Of a stretch of DNA of 64,000 bases, positions 56,069 to 64,000 are shown piece after piece. The stretch comes from an uncultured Candidatus Saccharibacteria bacterium (GTDB lineage: Bacteria > Patescibacteriota > Minisyncoccia > Phycocordibacterales > UBA12088). The stretch is taken from assembly GCA_964562615.1 (NCBI GenBank), contig CAZLUD010000001.1:257072-321071 (forward strand), written 5' to 3'. The notes under the pieces were generated by a model. It was not told the DNA's origin and made no database searches. It saw only the letters and a program-made list of their open reading frames with translations. The translations under genes were made by a program, and so were the position numbers. Position 1 is the first letter of the stretch, and every line of letters starts with the position of its first letter.

Positions 56069-57819
56069 AGAGCAGGAAGGGTAACCCGTAAACTATCCGC
56101 CCCAGAGATATTTACCCCAGTGAGGGTAACGGTTTCATATCCATCCCGCACCACGACAATTGTGTATGGGGTACTGTTACTTACTCCAGAAAAATGCGCC
56201 TGCCCACACGCACCCGTGTTCTTTTGTGTGTCATATCCTCCGCCATACACACGCACAGATGCATCAGTCATAGTGGCACCTGCGTCGTCTACCACTTCAA
56301 CTCGTATCGAGTGTGGTGTGTGCGCAGTCATGTAGAGCGATAGTGTTTTTGTACTTGCCGGTGAAATAGTAACAGGTAACGCTGCACATGCTTGTGCAAT
56401 ATCAAAACCTCCACCAACACCATCAACCGTAAGCGTATACGTATCCCATTCGATTGCATCAAATGAGGTGACTCCTTCACTGTTTGTAGTCTGACTCTCT
56501 GTATATTTATATATTGGATTAATATCCTCGTCTGTACCGATGGTCTTAGTACTCGTAATCGTAATAGGAATACCGCCCCTCGGTACAGGACCGACAAGAC
56601 TTGAAAGATTCCACTCATGAACATACGGCGTGACGGTGGTGGTATCAGTGTGTAACAGGGCGCGAATTCTAAGTTCGCTATACGTCGTAGTGGCAAGTCC
56701 ATATAGCGGAACGGGCGAGGTACTAAAGCCAGTAGCATTACCAATCAAATCGCTTTCTGGTATAGGTACAAAGTCAGTGCCGTTATTGTAAAGCAGTTGG
56801 TATCGTAGTGATGTCGTCTCAGGCATGGTATGCGCAAACGTTACTTCTCCCCATGAAACCAAATACGGCGAGGCGATAGTAAGTGAGTCTGCGGTACCGT
56901 CTGCGTAGTATTCGCCATTAGTGGTAGCAAGAAGTATGTCTCCCCCCGCGCGTGCCGTGTTGGATAGCTGTGCGATACCTCCGCCGCTATCAAATGTGTC
57001 ATGGGTAGTCGTGGTAGCAACAGGATCAAAGGTGTTCACAAACAAATTTGATAACACATCAATTGCGAAACTGCCGGTAGTCGTCTCTCCTTCAACTACA
57101 GAAAGGTTTGCTGGGAGAGGATTAGGATTTTGTGCCGTTGCATCGTACGTGCTATCGGTACTGTAACCTGCTTTGGTAACCGTAATATGATAATTACTTC
57201 CCTCTGGAGTACCTCCCGGAAAAATCGCGACCCCGGAGAGATTGGTAAATGTGGTCACATCAATAGGTGGTGAAACGGTGGTATTTCTTATCCGTACTTG
57301 CGCGCTTGTTACCGGTAATGCTGATGCATCAAACACGGCAATCTTTAATGTGCCGCCACCAGTGATGTTTTCTATACCAACCGGCACCACTGATGAGGTT
57401 ATCGCATACGACTGCACTCTATCTTTTAACGTCCACTCGAGTTCGACTTTAACCTTTTTATAATCTGCGGTGATGCCGTTTTCATCTTCATCATCAAGTC
57501 CATCTTCAGGATCATCGACGTAGGTGATAAAGGTGCGTCTTGTGTAGGTAGTTTGATTGAGTTCTATTGTTTCTGTTTGTGGCAACAATCCCGCTGGTAT
57601 ACCCCCCACAGTACCAAGTGCGTCATAGGACATTGATCTAACAAATTCCATTTTTTCTGTTGCAAGAGACATCGCGCCTACTTTTGCTTTATTACTTCCT
57701 ATGAGGACAATAGATAGACGAAACGTTCCGTACAATCCATAAAAGACGAGCATAATAAGAGCGATGCCGATGATCACATCGATGAGCGTCATTCCCTTTT
57801 CTTTTCTATTGATAACCAT
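56065..57819 (-). CDS. Large prepilin-type protein (PilV-like) with repeated beta-sandwich domains
   Basis: KG-MTLID; Thr-rich repeats such as YHITVTKAGY and YTIVVVRDGY. Confidence 0.8.
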   Translation of the reverse strand: MVINRKEKGMTLIDVIIGIALIMLVFYGLYGTFRLSIVLIGSNKAKVGAMSLATEKMEFVRSMSYDALGTVGGIPAGLLPQTETIELNQTTYTRRTFITYVDDPEDGLDDEDENGITADYKKVKVELEWTLKDRVQSYAITSSVVPVGIENITGGGTLKIAVFDASALPVTSAQVRIRNTTVSPPIDVTTFTNLSGVAIFPGGTPEGSNYHITVTKAGYSTDSTYDATAQNPNPLPANLSVVEGETTTGSFAIDVLSNLFVNTFDPVATTTTHDTFDSGGGIAQLSNTARAGGDILLATTNGEYYADGTADSLTIASPYLVSWGEVTFAHTMPETTSLRYQLLYNNGTDFVPIPESDLIGNATGFSTSPVPLYGLATTTYSELRIRALLHTDTTTVTPYVHEWNLSSLVGPVPRGGIPITITSTKTIGTDEDINPIYKYTESQTTNSEGVTSFDAIEWDTYTLTVDGVGGGFDIAQACAALPVTISPASTKTLSLYMTAHTPHSIRVEVVDDAGATMTDASVRVYGGGYDTQKNTGACGQAHFSGVSNSTPYTIVVVRDGYETVTLTGVNISGADSLRVTLPAL

Positions 57820-57830
57820 GTGGTGAAAAA

Positions 57831-59054
57831 CTAAATACCTTCAGTGACAGAATATATTGGAGTGATCATTGATACCGCAAAGAATCCGACAACCGCACCG
57901 ACGATAACCATCAAAAATGGTTCGATAATCGTGGACATGTCTTTTGTTTTTTGCTCAACTTCAAGTTCATAAAACTCTGCGACGCGTAAAAGAAGTTCAG
58001 GAAGCTTTCCTGTCTCTTCACCAACGGCAATTAACTCGCCAACGAGTGTTGGGTACAAATCTTCATGCACATGAAATACATCCGCAAGTGGGTTTCCTTT
58101 CTGGATTTTTTCTTTTGCTTCAACTAGCACTGCTCGATAATACGAATGCTGCACCACATCAGCAGTAATCTCGAGTGAATGCACCACATCAACTCCAGCA
58201 GACAATAACGACGAGAGCGTGCGCGCGGTACGTGCAGAGTTAGTCTCTTTGACAAGCTCTTTTATAATAGGCATCTTGAGTAATACGGTTTCAAATATTC
58301 TTCTACCGATGCTGGTTTTAAGTCCGTAATAAAATCCTGCAATAACTCCGATACATAGTATGATCGCGGCGACTGTTTGCTCTTGCATAAAATTACTTGC
58401 CCCGATAATCATTTTTGTTGAGGCAGGAAGCTCTACTCCAAGTTCGGTAAATGTCTGACTGAGGGTAGGTACTACAAAGACCAAAAGGAGTGCGCCGATA
58501 ACAACAAGTGCCGCCATAATGATACCGGGGTAAATCAGCGCCCCTTTGATTTTCTTTTTTAGTCGATAGGTTTGATCCATCTGCTCGCCCACCACAAGGA
58601 GTGAGTTAGATAGCCCACCACTCTCTTCACCGGCACGCACCATAGAAATAACTAGTGATGAAAATACTTTTGGATGTTTTGCTAGCGCTTCATTAAAAGT
58701 GATTCCCTTTTCAATTGATGCCACCAGATCAAGGAGTACCGTCTTGAATCCTGGTTTCTTTGTTTGGCGCTCCATCACCTGAAGAGCGCGTGAGAGGGAC
58801 AGCCCCGCAGAGAGCATGGCGGAAAGATTTTTAGCAAAGTTGATTTTGTCTGTCTCTTTTATTCTTCCAAAGAAACTACTGATAATAGGTATGTGGATAT
58901 TTATAGAACTTCCACCCTTTGTTTCTTCAAATGAAACCACCGTCGCGTTTTCTTTGCGTATATGTTGGTACAACTCAAATCTATCTACCGCCTCAAGCGT
59001 ACCTTCGTACTCCTCCCCTGTATCTCGTTTAGCTTTGTATACAAATGTTGGCAT
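57831..59054 (-). CDS. pilC: Type IV pilus platform protein PilC (GspF family)
   Basis: AGEESG, ALIYP, VGEETG, IIEP motifs. Confidence 0.93.
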   Translation of the reverse strand: MPTFVYKAKRDTGEEYEGTLEAVDRFELYQHIRKENATVVSFEETKGGSSINIHIPIISSFFGRIKETDKINFAKNLSAMLSAGLSLSRALQVMERQTKKPGFKTVLLDLVASIEKGITFNEALAKHPKVFSSLVISMVRAGEESGGLSNSLLVVGEQMDQTYRLKKKIKGALIYPGIIMAALVVIGALLLVFVVPTLSQTFTELGVELPASTKMIIGASNFMQEQTVAAIILCIGVIAGFYYGLKTSIGRRIFETVLLKMPIIKELVKETNSARTARTLSSLLSAGVDVVHSLEITADVVQHSYYRAVLVEAKEKIQKGNPLADVFHVHEDLYPTLVGELIAVGEETGKLPELLLRVAEFYELEVEQKTKDMSTIIEPFLMVIVGAVVGFFAVSMITPIYSVTEGI

Positions 59055-59164
59055 AGTGTGTACTTATGTCCGTGGCAACAAGCATCTATTTATACCGAAC
59101 AGCAGTACTTCAATGATACCATCCAACTACCATTTATTTTGAAAGTTAATCAACAGTACGAACT

Positions 59165-59206
59165 ATATATAAGGACCTTTCGATATATCGAAAGGTCCTT
59201 ATATAT
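59165..59206. repeat. Perfect 42-bp palindrome (CGATATATCG family)
   Basis: atatataaggacctttcgatatatcgaaaggtccttatatat. Confidence 0.95.
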
Positions 59207-59231
59207 GATGTTTGTATAAAAAAGAAAACGA

Positions 59232-59261
59232 AAAGGCCGCAAGCGCAAGCTTGCGGCCTTT
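59232..59261 (-). terminator. Terminator after the second pilB
   Basis: aaaggccgcaagc-gcaa-gcttgcggccttt. Confidence 0.75.
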
Positions 59262-59298
59262 GGTGAGAAATACTCACCCTAAAAATAATTACTAATTA

Positions 59299-61050
59299 TT
59301 ACTCACTAATCACCCTGAGTACTTCTTCAATAGAGGTAATACCTTGCGCTGATTTAAATATGCCGTCTTCAAGCATGGTGAGCATGCCTTCTGCCCTTGC
59401 CTGCTGTTCAATATGGTCTGCGTCCTTGCCCTCCATAATAAGGTCGCGAATTTTTGACGACATAGAAAGTATTTCGTGGATACCGATACGCCCTTTATAT
59501 GCGTCTTCTTCTTTACCTTTTTTTGGTCTAAAAAATGGAACCTTATCAAGTGTGGTGATCTTTTTATCAACTATCCCCTCTTCATGAAGCGCTTTCATCA
59601 CGCGCTCAATATTTGCATGCACGGCAAGATTATCTACTTCTGCCTTGGTGAGGTTGTACTCCTCCTTTTCTTTTGTAAACTTTCTTACCAAACGCTGGGC
59701 AATAACCACATCAAGAGTAGATACAAGAAGAAATGCTTCTGCACCCATTTCAATAAGACGAGGGATAGCGCCAGCAGCAGAGTTGGTGTGGAGGGTAGAG
59801 AGTACAAGGTGTCCCGTGAGTGCTGCATTAACCGCAAGACTTGCGGTTTCGCCGTCACGAATTTCTCCCACCATGATAATGTCGGGGTCTTGGCGAACAA
59901 GTGAGCGCAGACCTTCGGAGAAGGTAAAGCCAATTTGCGGTTTTACCTGTGTCTGATTTACCCTCTGCATTTGATATTCGATAGGGTCTTCTATGGTTGA
60001 GATATTTACTTCTGGGGTATTAACAATATCTAAAATAGTATAAAGCGTCGTCGTTTTACCTGATCCGGTAGGACCAGTAGTGAGAATCATACCCACGGTA
60101 CGGCGAGTCGCCTCGTGAATCTTTTCTAACCCATTACCATGAAAGCCAAGTGATTCAAGGGTGTACCCCCCACCTCCCTCTCGCAACAATCGCATCACTG
60201 TTTTTTCACCATAGTAGACCGGCAACACTGATACACGGAATGATACTTTTTCGTCATCTATCTTCATTTTGAAACGACCATCTTGTGGGAGACGCTTTTC
60301 ATCAAGCTTTAAATTGGAAAGTACTTTTATGCGCGCCGTAATAGAAGGGCCGGCACTTTTAGGAAGTGACATTGCGTCATGGAGTATACCGTCAATTCTA
60401 TAACGAACGAGCACCGTCTCTTCCATTGGCTCTACGTGTATGTCAGATGCGTTTTGCAAAATTGCATGCTTTAAAAGCGCATTTACAATACGTACCACCG
60501 GAAGATCTTCAGCGAGCTTTTTTAAGTCGGTACCAGAAACTTCCTCGCCTGTATTTTCAGATACTACCGCGAGTGTTTCTGACTCTCGTTTTATGATATC
60601 GCCAAACTCATCCTTGAGTGTTTTTTGATACTGCAGTAGCGCATCCTTGATTGAATTTACATCGGTAAGACGAGGTAAAATCTTGAGTCCTGTCTTCTTT
60701 TTTATGAATTCAATGGAGCGTAGGTCGTCTGTATCTAGCATGGCAACCTCAAGCTCTTTGTCCTGCTTTTTAAATGCGACAATATTATTAGTGCGTGCAA
60801 TAGGCTCTGGGATTAATGACAGAGTATCAAAGTCTATATGCTTCCCTTTTAATGAAATAAATGGGATACCAAGTATGTATGCCTGTACCCGACGCAAATC
60901 ATCCTCAGAGAGATGTCCGTCACTTATTAAAATGTCACCTAGTTTTTTCTTTGTGGCTTTTGCTTTAATCAATGAATCCTCAACCACTTGCTTGGGTACA
61001 AGACCAGAATCAAGTACGAATTCTTTTAGTTGTATTTGATCTACTACCAT
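59299..61050 (-). CDS. pilB: GspE/PilB family ATPase (second copy)
   Basis: GPTGSGKTTT, IEDPIE, RQDPDIIMVGEIRD, TGHLVLSTLHTN motifs. Confidence 0.94.
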   Translation of the reverse strand: MVVDQIQLKEFVLDSGLVPKQVVEDSLIKAKATKKKLGDILISDGHLSEDDLRRVQAYILGIPFISLKGKHIDFDTLSLIPEPIARTNNIVAFKKQDKELEVAMLDTDDLRSIEFIKKKTGLKILPRLTDVNSIKDALLQYQKTLKDEFGDIIKRESETLAVVSENTGEEVSGTDLKKLAEDLPVVRIVNALLKHAILQNASDIHVEPMEETVLVRYRIDGILHDAMSLPKSAGPSITARIKVLSNLKLDEKRLPQDGRFKMKIDDEKVSFRVSVLPVYYGEKTVMRLLREGGGGYTLESLGFHGNGLEKIHEATRRTVGMILTTGPTGSGKTTTLYTILDIVNTPEVNISTIEDPIEYQMQRVNQTQVKPQIGFTFSEGLRSLVRQDPDIIMVGEIRDGETASLAVNAALTGHLVLSTLHTNSAAGAIPRLIEMGAEAFLLVSTLDVVIAQRLVRKFTKEKEEYNLTKAEVDNLAVHANIERVMKALHEEGIVDKKITTLDKVPFFRPKKGKEEDAYKGRIGIHEILSMSSKIRDLIMEGKDADHIEQQARAEGMLTMLEDGIFKSAQGITSIEEVLRVISE

Positions 61051-61135
61051 TATGAGTAGTATACCGCATACACGCGGTTACTTTAGACACTTCTCAACAT
61101 GTAACAAAATAAATAGTGTTTAGCGTTACAAAAGA

Positions 61136-61163
61136 AACAGCACGCAGAGTATTGCGTGCTGTT
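61136..61163. terminator. Terminator hairpin
   Basis: aacagcacgca…tgcgtgctgtt. Confidence 0.7.
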
Positions 61164-61171
61164 TGGAATCT

Positions 61172-61297
61172 TTAACGTTGCTTTCTTTTCCAATTTTTCA
61201 TGAAATTTGCTTTATCAATTTCATGTTTGATTCTTTCTTTTTGCTTTTTCTCTCTTTCTTTTTGCTCTTTTTTTTCTTTGGGAGTCTTTTTCTTCAC
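61172..61297 (-). CDS. Putative 41-aa lysine-rich peptide
   Basis: GTGA overlap with the upstream stop and a G-rich SD; MKKKTPKEKKEQKEREKKQKERIKHEIDKANFMKNWKRKQR*. Confidence 0.4.
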   Translation of the reverse strand: MKKKTPKEKKEQKEREKKQKERIKHEIDKANFMKNWKRKQR

Positions 61298-61866
61298 TTG
61301 ATCCCCCCTTGTCTTCTTCCGCCACGCCGGCGGTTTTCCTCTGCCGCCCGTTCTCTGTTTAATCTCTGGCGCTCCTTCGCGCCAGAGATTCGTGCTTTCT
61401 CCGTCTTCCCTGGCGGCGGGTCACGGTTAGCCTCACCTGAAAAAACCTTACTAGGTTTTTCATTTTCCCTTTTCGCTTTAGCCACTATTCTTGGCTTTAT
61501 GTCACTCTTCCAAACCTCCGCACATGCGCGTGATGAGAAAACAGTGAATAGTGGATTACTGTAAATCCAGGCCATGGGCCATTTAACCCTGCATTCTTTT
61601 CCCTTCTCATCTCTCCATGTAATATTATTCCGAGTAGGAAGAATATAACCTGAGGCTGCGAAAAATCGCTCCCCCCATTCTGATAGGAGTTGCTCCTCAT
61701 CTCCCCGTAAGTAGGCCTGAGCAAGGCCTACTTGCATCGTCATACTTGGCAAGAACCAACCATGAGTCATTAGTCGTCGAATTTCTTCCATTTCCTCTTC
61801 CATGCTATTGAAAATGGTCTGGGAATTATTCCTGTCGACGACGGTCGTGCCATAGCTGTCAAACAT
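61294..61866 (-). CDS. Orphan hypothetical protein
   Basis: AAGGAG SD; promoter TTGACT-N16-TATAAT at 61955-61928. Confidence 0.6.
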   Translation of the reverse strand: MFDSYGTTVVDRNNSQTIFNSMEEEMEEIRRLMTHGWFLPSMTMQVGLAQAYLRGDEEQLLSEWGERFFAASGYILPTRNNITWRDEKGKECRVKWPMAWIYSNPLFTVFSSRACAEVWKSDIKPRIVAKAKRENEKPSKVFSGEANRDPPPGKTEKARISGAKERQRLNRERAAEENRRRGGRRQGGIK

Positions 61867-61963
61867 TTAACTTCTCCTTGGTTTTCCCAACGTATTTTGG
61901 CGTGGGTGGGTTACAACAACTACATGTATTATACATGAAAATATTGATTAGTCAATAGCTTAC

Positions 61964-62030
61964 TTGACAGTTTTTACTCAGATGCTAGTATTATCGCATC
62001 AGAAACGCCCCATGGGGGCGATTCTTTTTG
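61964..62030 (+). promoter_or_regulatory. nusA promoter with leader hairpin and U tract (candidate attenuator)
   Basis: TTGACA-N16-TAGTAT, then cgcccc-atg-ggggcg and attcttttt. Confidence 0.55.
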
Positions 62031-62132
62031 CCCGAATAGTAGGTATATAGTACATATTCATACATACTATATATAATAGAAGGGTATGATGTGTATACGA
62101 GTATTTAGAAGACAATTGAATAACAACTACAT

Positions 62133-63299
62133 ATGGCGCTATTTGATCTAAAAGTAATTAATTCAGTCCTTGACCAGCTCGAAGAAGAGCGTGGTATTCC
62201 TCGTGCTAAAACCCTTGATGCAATCGAACAAGCACTTGCTACTGCCTATAAGAAGGAGTACGGAAAGCGCTCACAGATTGTACGAGCAAAATTTAACCCA
62301 GAAACTGGGGATGTTACCTTTTCCCAAGTAAAGATAGTAGTAGACCCATCGCAGGTACGCATGGAAAGCGACGAACCGGTTGATAAGGATGATGACCGTA
62401 TTCGCTACAACCCTGAACAGCATATATTTATTGACGATGCTCGCAGAATGAAAAAGGATACAGAGCTAGACGAAGAAATTGTATTCCCACTTGAAGAGAA
62501 GGGTGACTACGGACGAATCGCCGCACAAACGGCAAAGCAAGTAATTATTCAAAAAATCCGAGAGGCAGAAAAAACATCGGTATTTGAAGAATACGGCCAA
62601 AAACAAGGAGAAATAGTATCTGGTACAGTACAAAGAATTGAACGAGGCAATATTTACATTGACTTAGGTAGAACTACCGGCATCCTCCCGTACGAAGAGC
62701 AAATACCTGGTGAGCGTTTTCGCCAAGGTGAGCGAGTCAGAGCATATCTGTATTCTGTTGATGAGGGGCACCGTGGTGTGTTTTTGCGTCTTTCTAGGTC
62801 ACATCCTAAGTTTCTTGCAAAGCTTTTTGAGATGGAAACCCCAGAACTACAGCACAAAACTGTGGAGATTAAGGCAATTGCCCGTGAGCCAGGTAGCAGA
62901 TCTAAAATTGCGGTTACCTCATACGATGATCATATCGATCCAGTAGGATCACTTGTAGGTCAACGTGGTGTACGCGTAACTACCGTGATGGGCGAATTGG
63001 GTGGCGAAAAGATTGATATTATTGCCTGGGATGCTAATCCAACAGAATTTATTGAGGAAGCACTTTCTCCAGCAAAAATACTCAATATAGAAATCAACGA
63101 AACTACAAGAACTGCCTTTGTTGAAGTGTCTGAAGACCAGCAATCACTAGCTATTGGAAAGGCGGGGCAAAACGTGCGTCTTGCGGCTAAACTAACTGGT
63201 TGGAAAATTGATATTCACTCTGTAGGCACTCCAGAGAGTGCGGAGTCTACAAATGAAGCTGAGGGTGAGGCACTTTCTGCGGAAACAGAAACAGAGTAA
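62133..63299 (+). CDS. nusA: Transcription termination factor NusA
   Basis: GRIAAQTAKQ, AREPGSRSKIAV, AIGKAGQNVRLA motifs. Confidence 0.97.
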   Translation: MALFDLKVINSVLDQLEEERGIPRAKTLDAIEQALATAYKKEYGKRSQIVRAKFNPETGDVTFSQVKIVVDPSQVRMESDEPVDKDDDRIRYNPEQHIFIDDARRMKKDTELDEEIVFPLEEKGDYGRIAAQTAKQVIIQKIREAEKTSVFEEYGQKQGEIVSGTVQRIERGNIYIDLGRTTGILPYEEQIPGERFRQGERVRAYLYSVDEGHRGVFLRLSRSHPKFLAKLFEMETPELQHKTVEIKAIAREPGSRSKIAVTSYDDHIDPVGSLVGQRGVRVTTVMGELGGEKIDIIAWDANPTEFIEEALSPAKILNIEINETTRTAFVEVSEDQQSLAIGKAGQNVRLAAKLTGWKIDIHSVGTPESAESTNEAEGEALSAETETE

Positions 63300-63331
63300 A
63301 GTAACACTGTTAGTAATAATCACCTACGTCT

Positions 63332-63853
63332 ATGAATCTACTTCATGACATTGAACCAGGTACTCGAGATGAGATGAATGTCATCATCGAAATACCACGA
63401 GGATCTAAGAATAAGTACGAAATTGATAAGGCAACAGGGCTTATCGCCCTTGATAGAGCCATGCACACTTCACAGGACTATCCATTTGATTATGGCTTTG
63501 TCCCCCGCACATTGTGGGACGATGGTGACGCGCTTGATGTACTTGTCCTTACCACCTACCCCCTAGCTCCCGGCATACTGGTGCGAGTGCGGCCAGTTGC
63601 GGTTATGGATATGATTGATGGTGGAGAAAGTGACAACAAGGTAATCGCAGTGCCGACCGATGATCCTCGATGGAATGAAGTAAAAGACCTAGGTGACATC
63701 AATAAACACACCATAAAAGAGATTGAGCACTTTTTCTCTACCTACAAAAAAATCCAGAATAAAGAAGTAGCAGTAAACGGATTTAGAGGAGCAGAGGATG
63801 CAAAAAAGGACTACGATAAGGCAATTGCTCAATACCAAGCAAAAGCGGCATAG
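63332..63853 (+). CDS. ppa: Inorganic pyrophosphatase
   Basis: IEIPRGS.NKYE, YPFDYG, DDGDALD motifs. Confidence 0.95.
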   Translation: MNLLHDIEPGTRDEMNVIIEIPRGSKNKYEIDKATGLIALDRAMHTSQDYPFDYGFVPRTLWDDGDALDVLVLTTYPLAPGILVRVRPVAVMDMIDGGESDNKVIAVPTDDPRWNEVKDLGDINKHTIKEIEHFFSTYKKIQNKEVAVNGFRGAEDAKKDYDKAIAQYQAKAA

Positions 63854-63870
63854 CCAACACCTATAGATAT

Positions 63871-63910
63871 AACAGAACAATCCCCGCCTCGTGGCGGGGA
63901 TTGTTCTGTT
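63871..63910. terminator. Terminator after ppa
   Basis: aacagaacaatccccgcc-tcgt-ggcggggattgttctgtt. Confidence 0.8.
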
Positions 63911-64000
63911 TACCGTATTCTATCCACACAGAAGAACTCTCCTATAGTACTTTTGTTGTGTATACTTACCATAAGTATACGGCTTGTGCTTGGTACTTGT

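Noticed and set aside
61163-61564. Phe/Leu-rich plus-strand ORF
   Set aside because: It is the antisense of the lysine-rich minus-strand ORFs, which have the SD and promoter support.

Overview
This is a gene-dense chromosomal segment of moderate GC, most consistent with a Patescibacteria/CPR (Parcubacteria-like) bacterium using genetic code 11. The assignment is inferred from the absence of rpmD (L30) in the spc block, a tRNA-Ile(UAU), SD-poor core genes and an abundant type IV pilus/competence set. Core content: the str/S10/spc ribosomal protein clusters (fragmented by inserts and internal promoters), tuf, fusA, secY, infC-rpmI-rplT, ftsH, recG, recJ, rnhA, pgk, tpiA, nusA, ppa, two PilB ATPases, pilC, pilMNO, minor pilins, comF and a split comEC. 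Accessory content: (1) a restriction-modification/Vsr/RadC islet at tRNA-Ser(GCT), bounded by a 21-bp att duplication; (2) a cyclodipeptide synthase co-oriented with a TGA-interrupted ADP-ribosyltransferase-like gene and divergent from a methyltransferase; (3) a 1.4-kb CYTH + 3-TM cassette flanked by a 71-bp direct repeat that runs from one terminator loop to another; (4) several orphan ORFs, each with its own promoter, SD and terminator. The most striking unexplained pattern is a family of loop-less perfect palindromes with the core CGATATATCG. They bracket a TrpR-like HTH gene and recur inside ybaK and upstream of pilC. All calls come from reading motifs by eye; no database searches were run.
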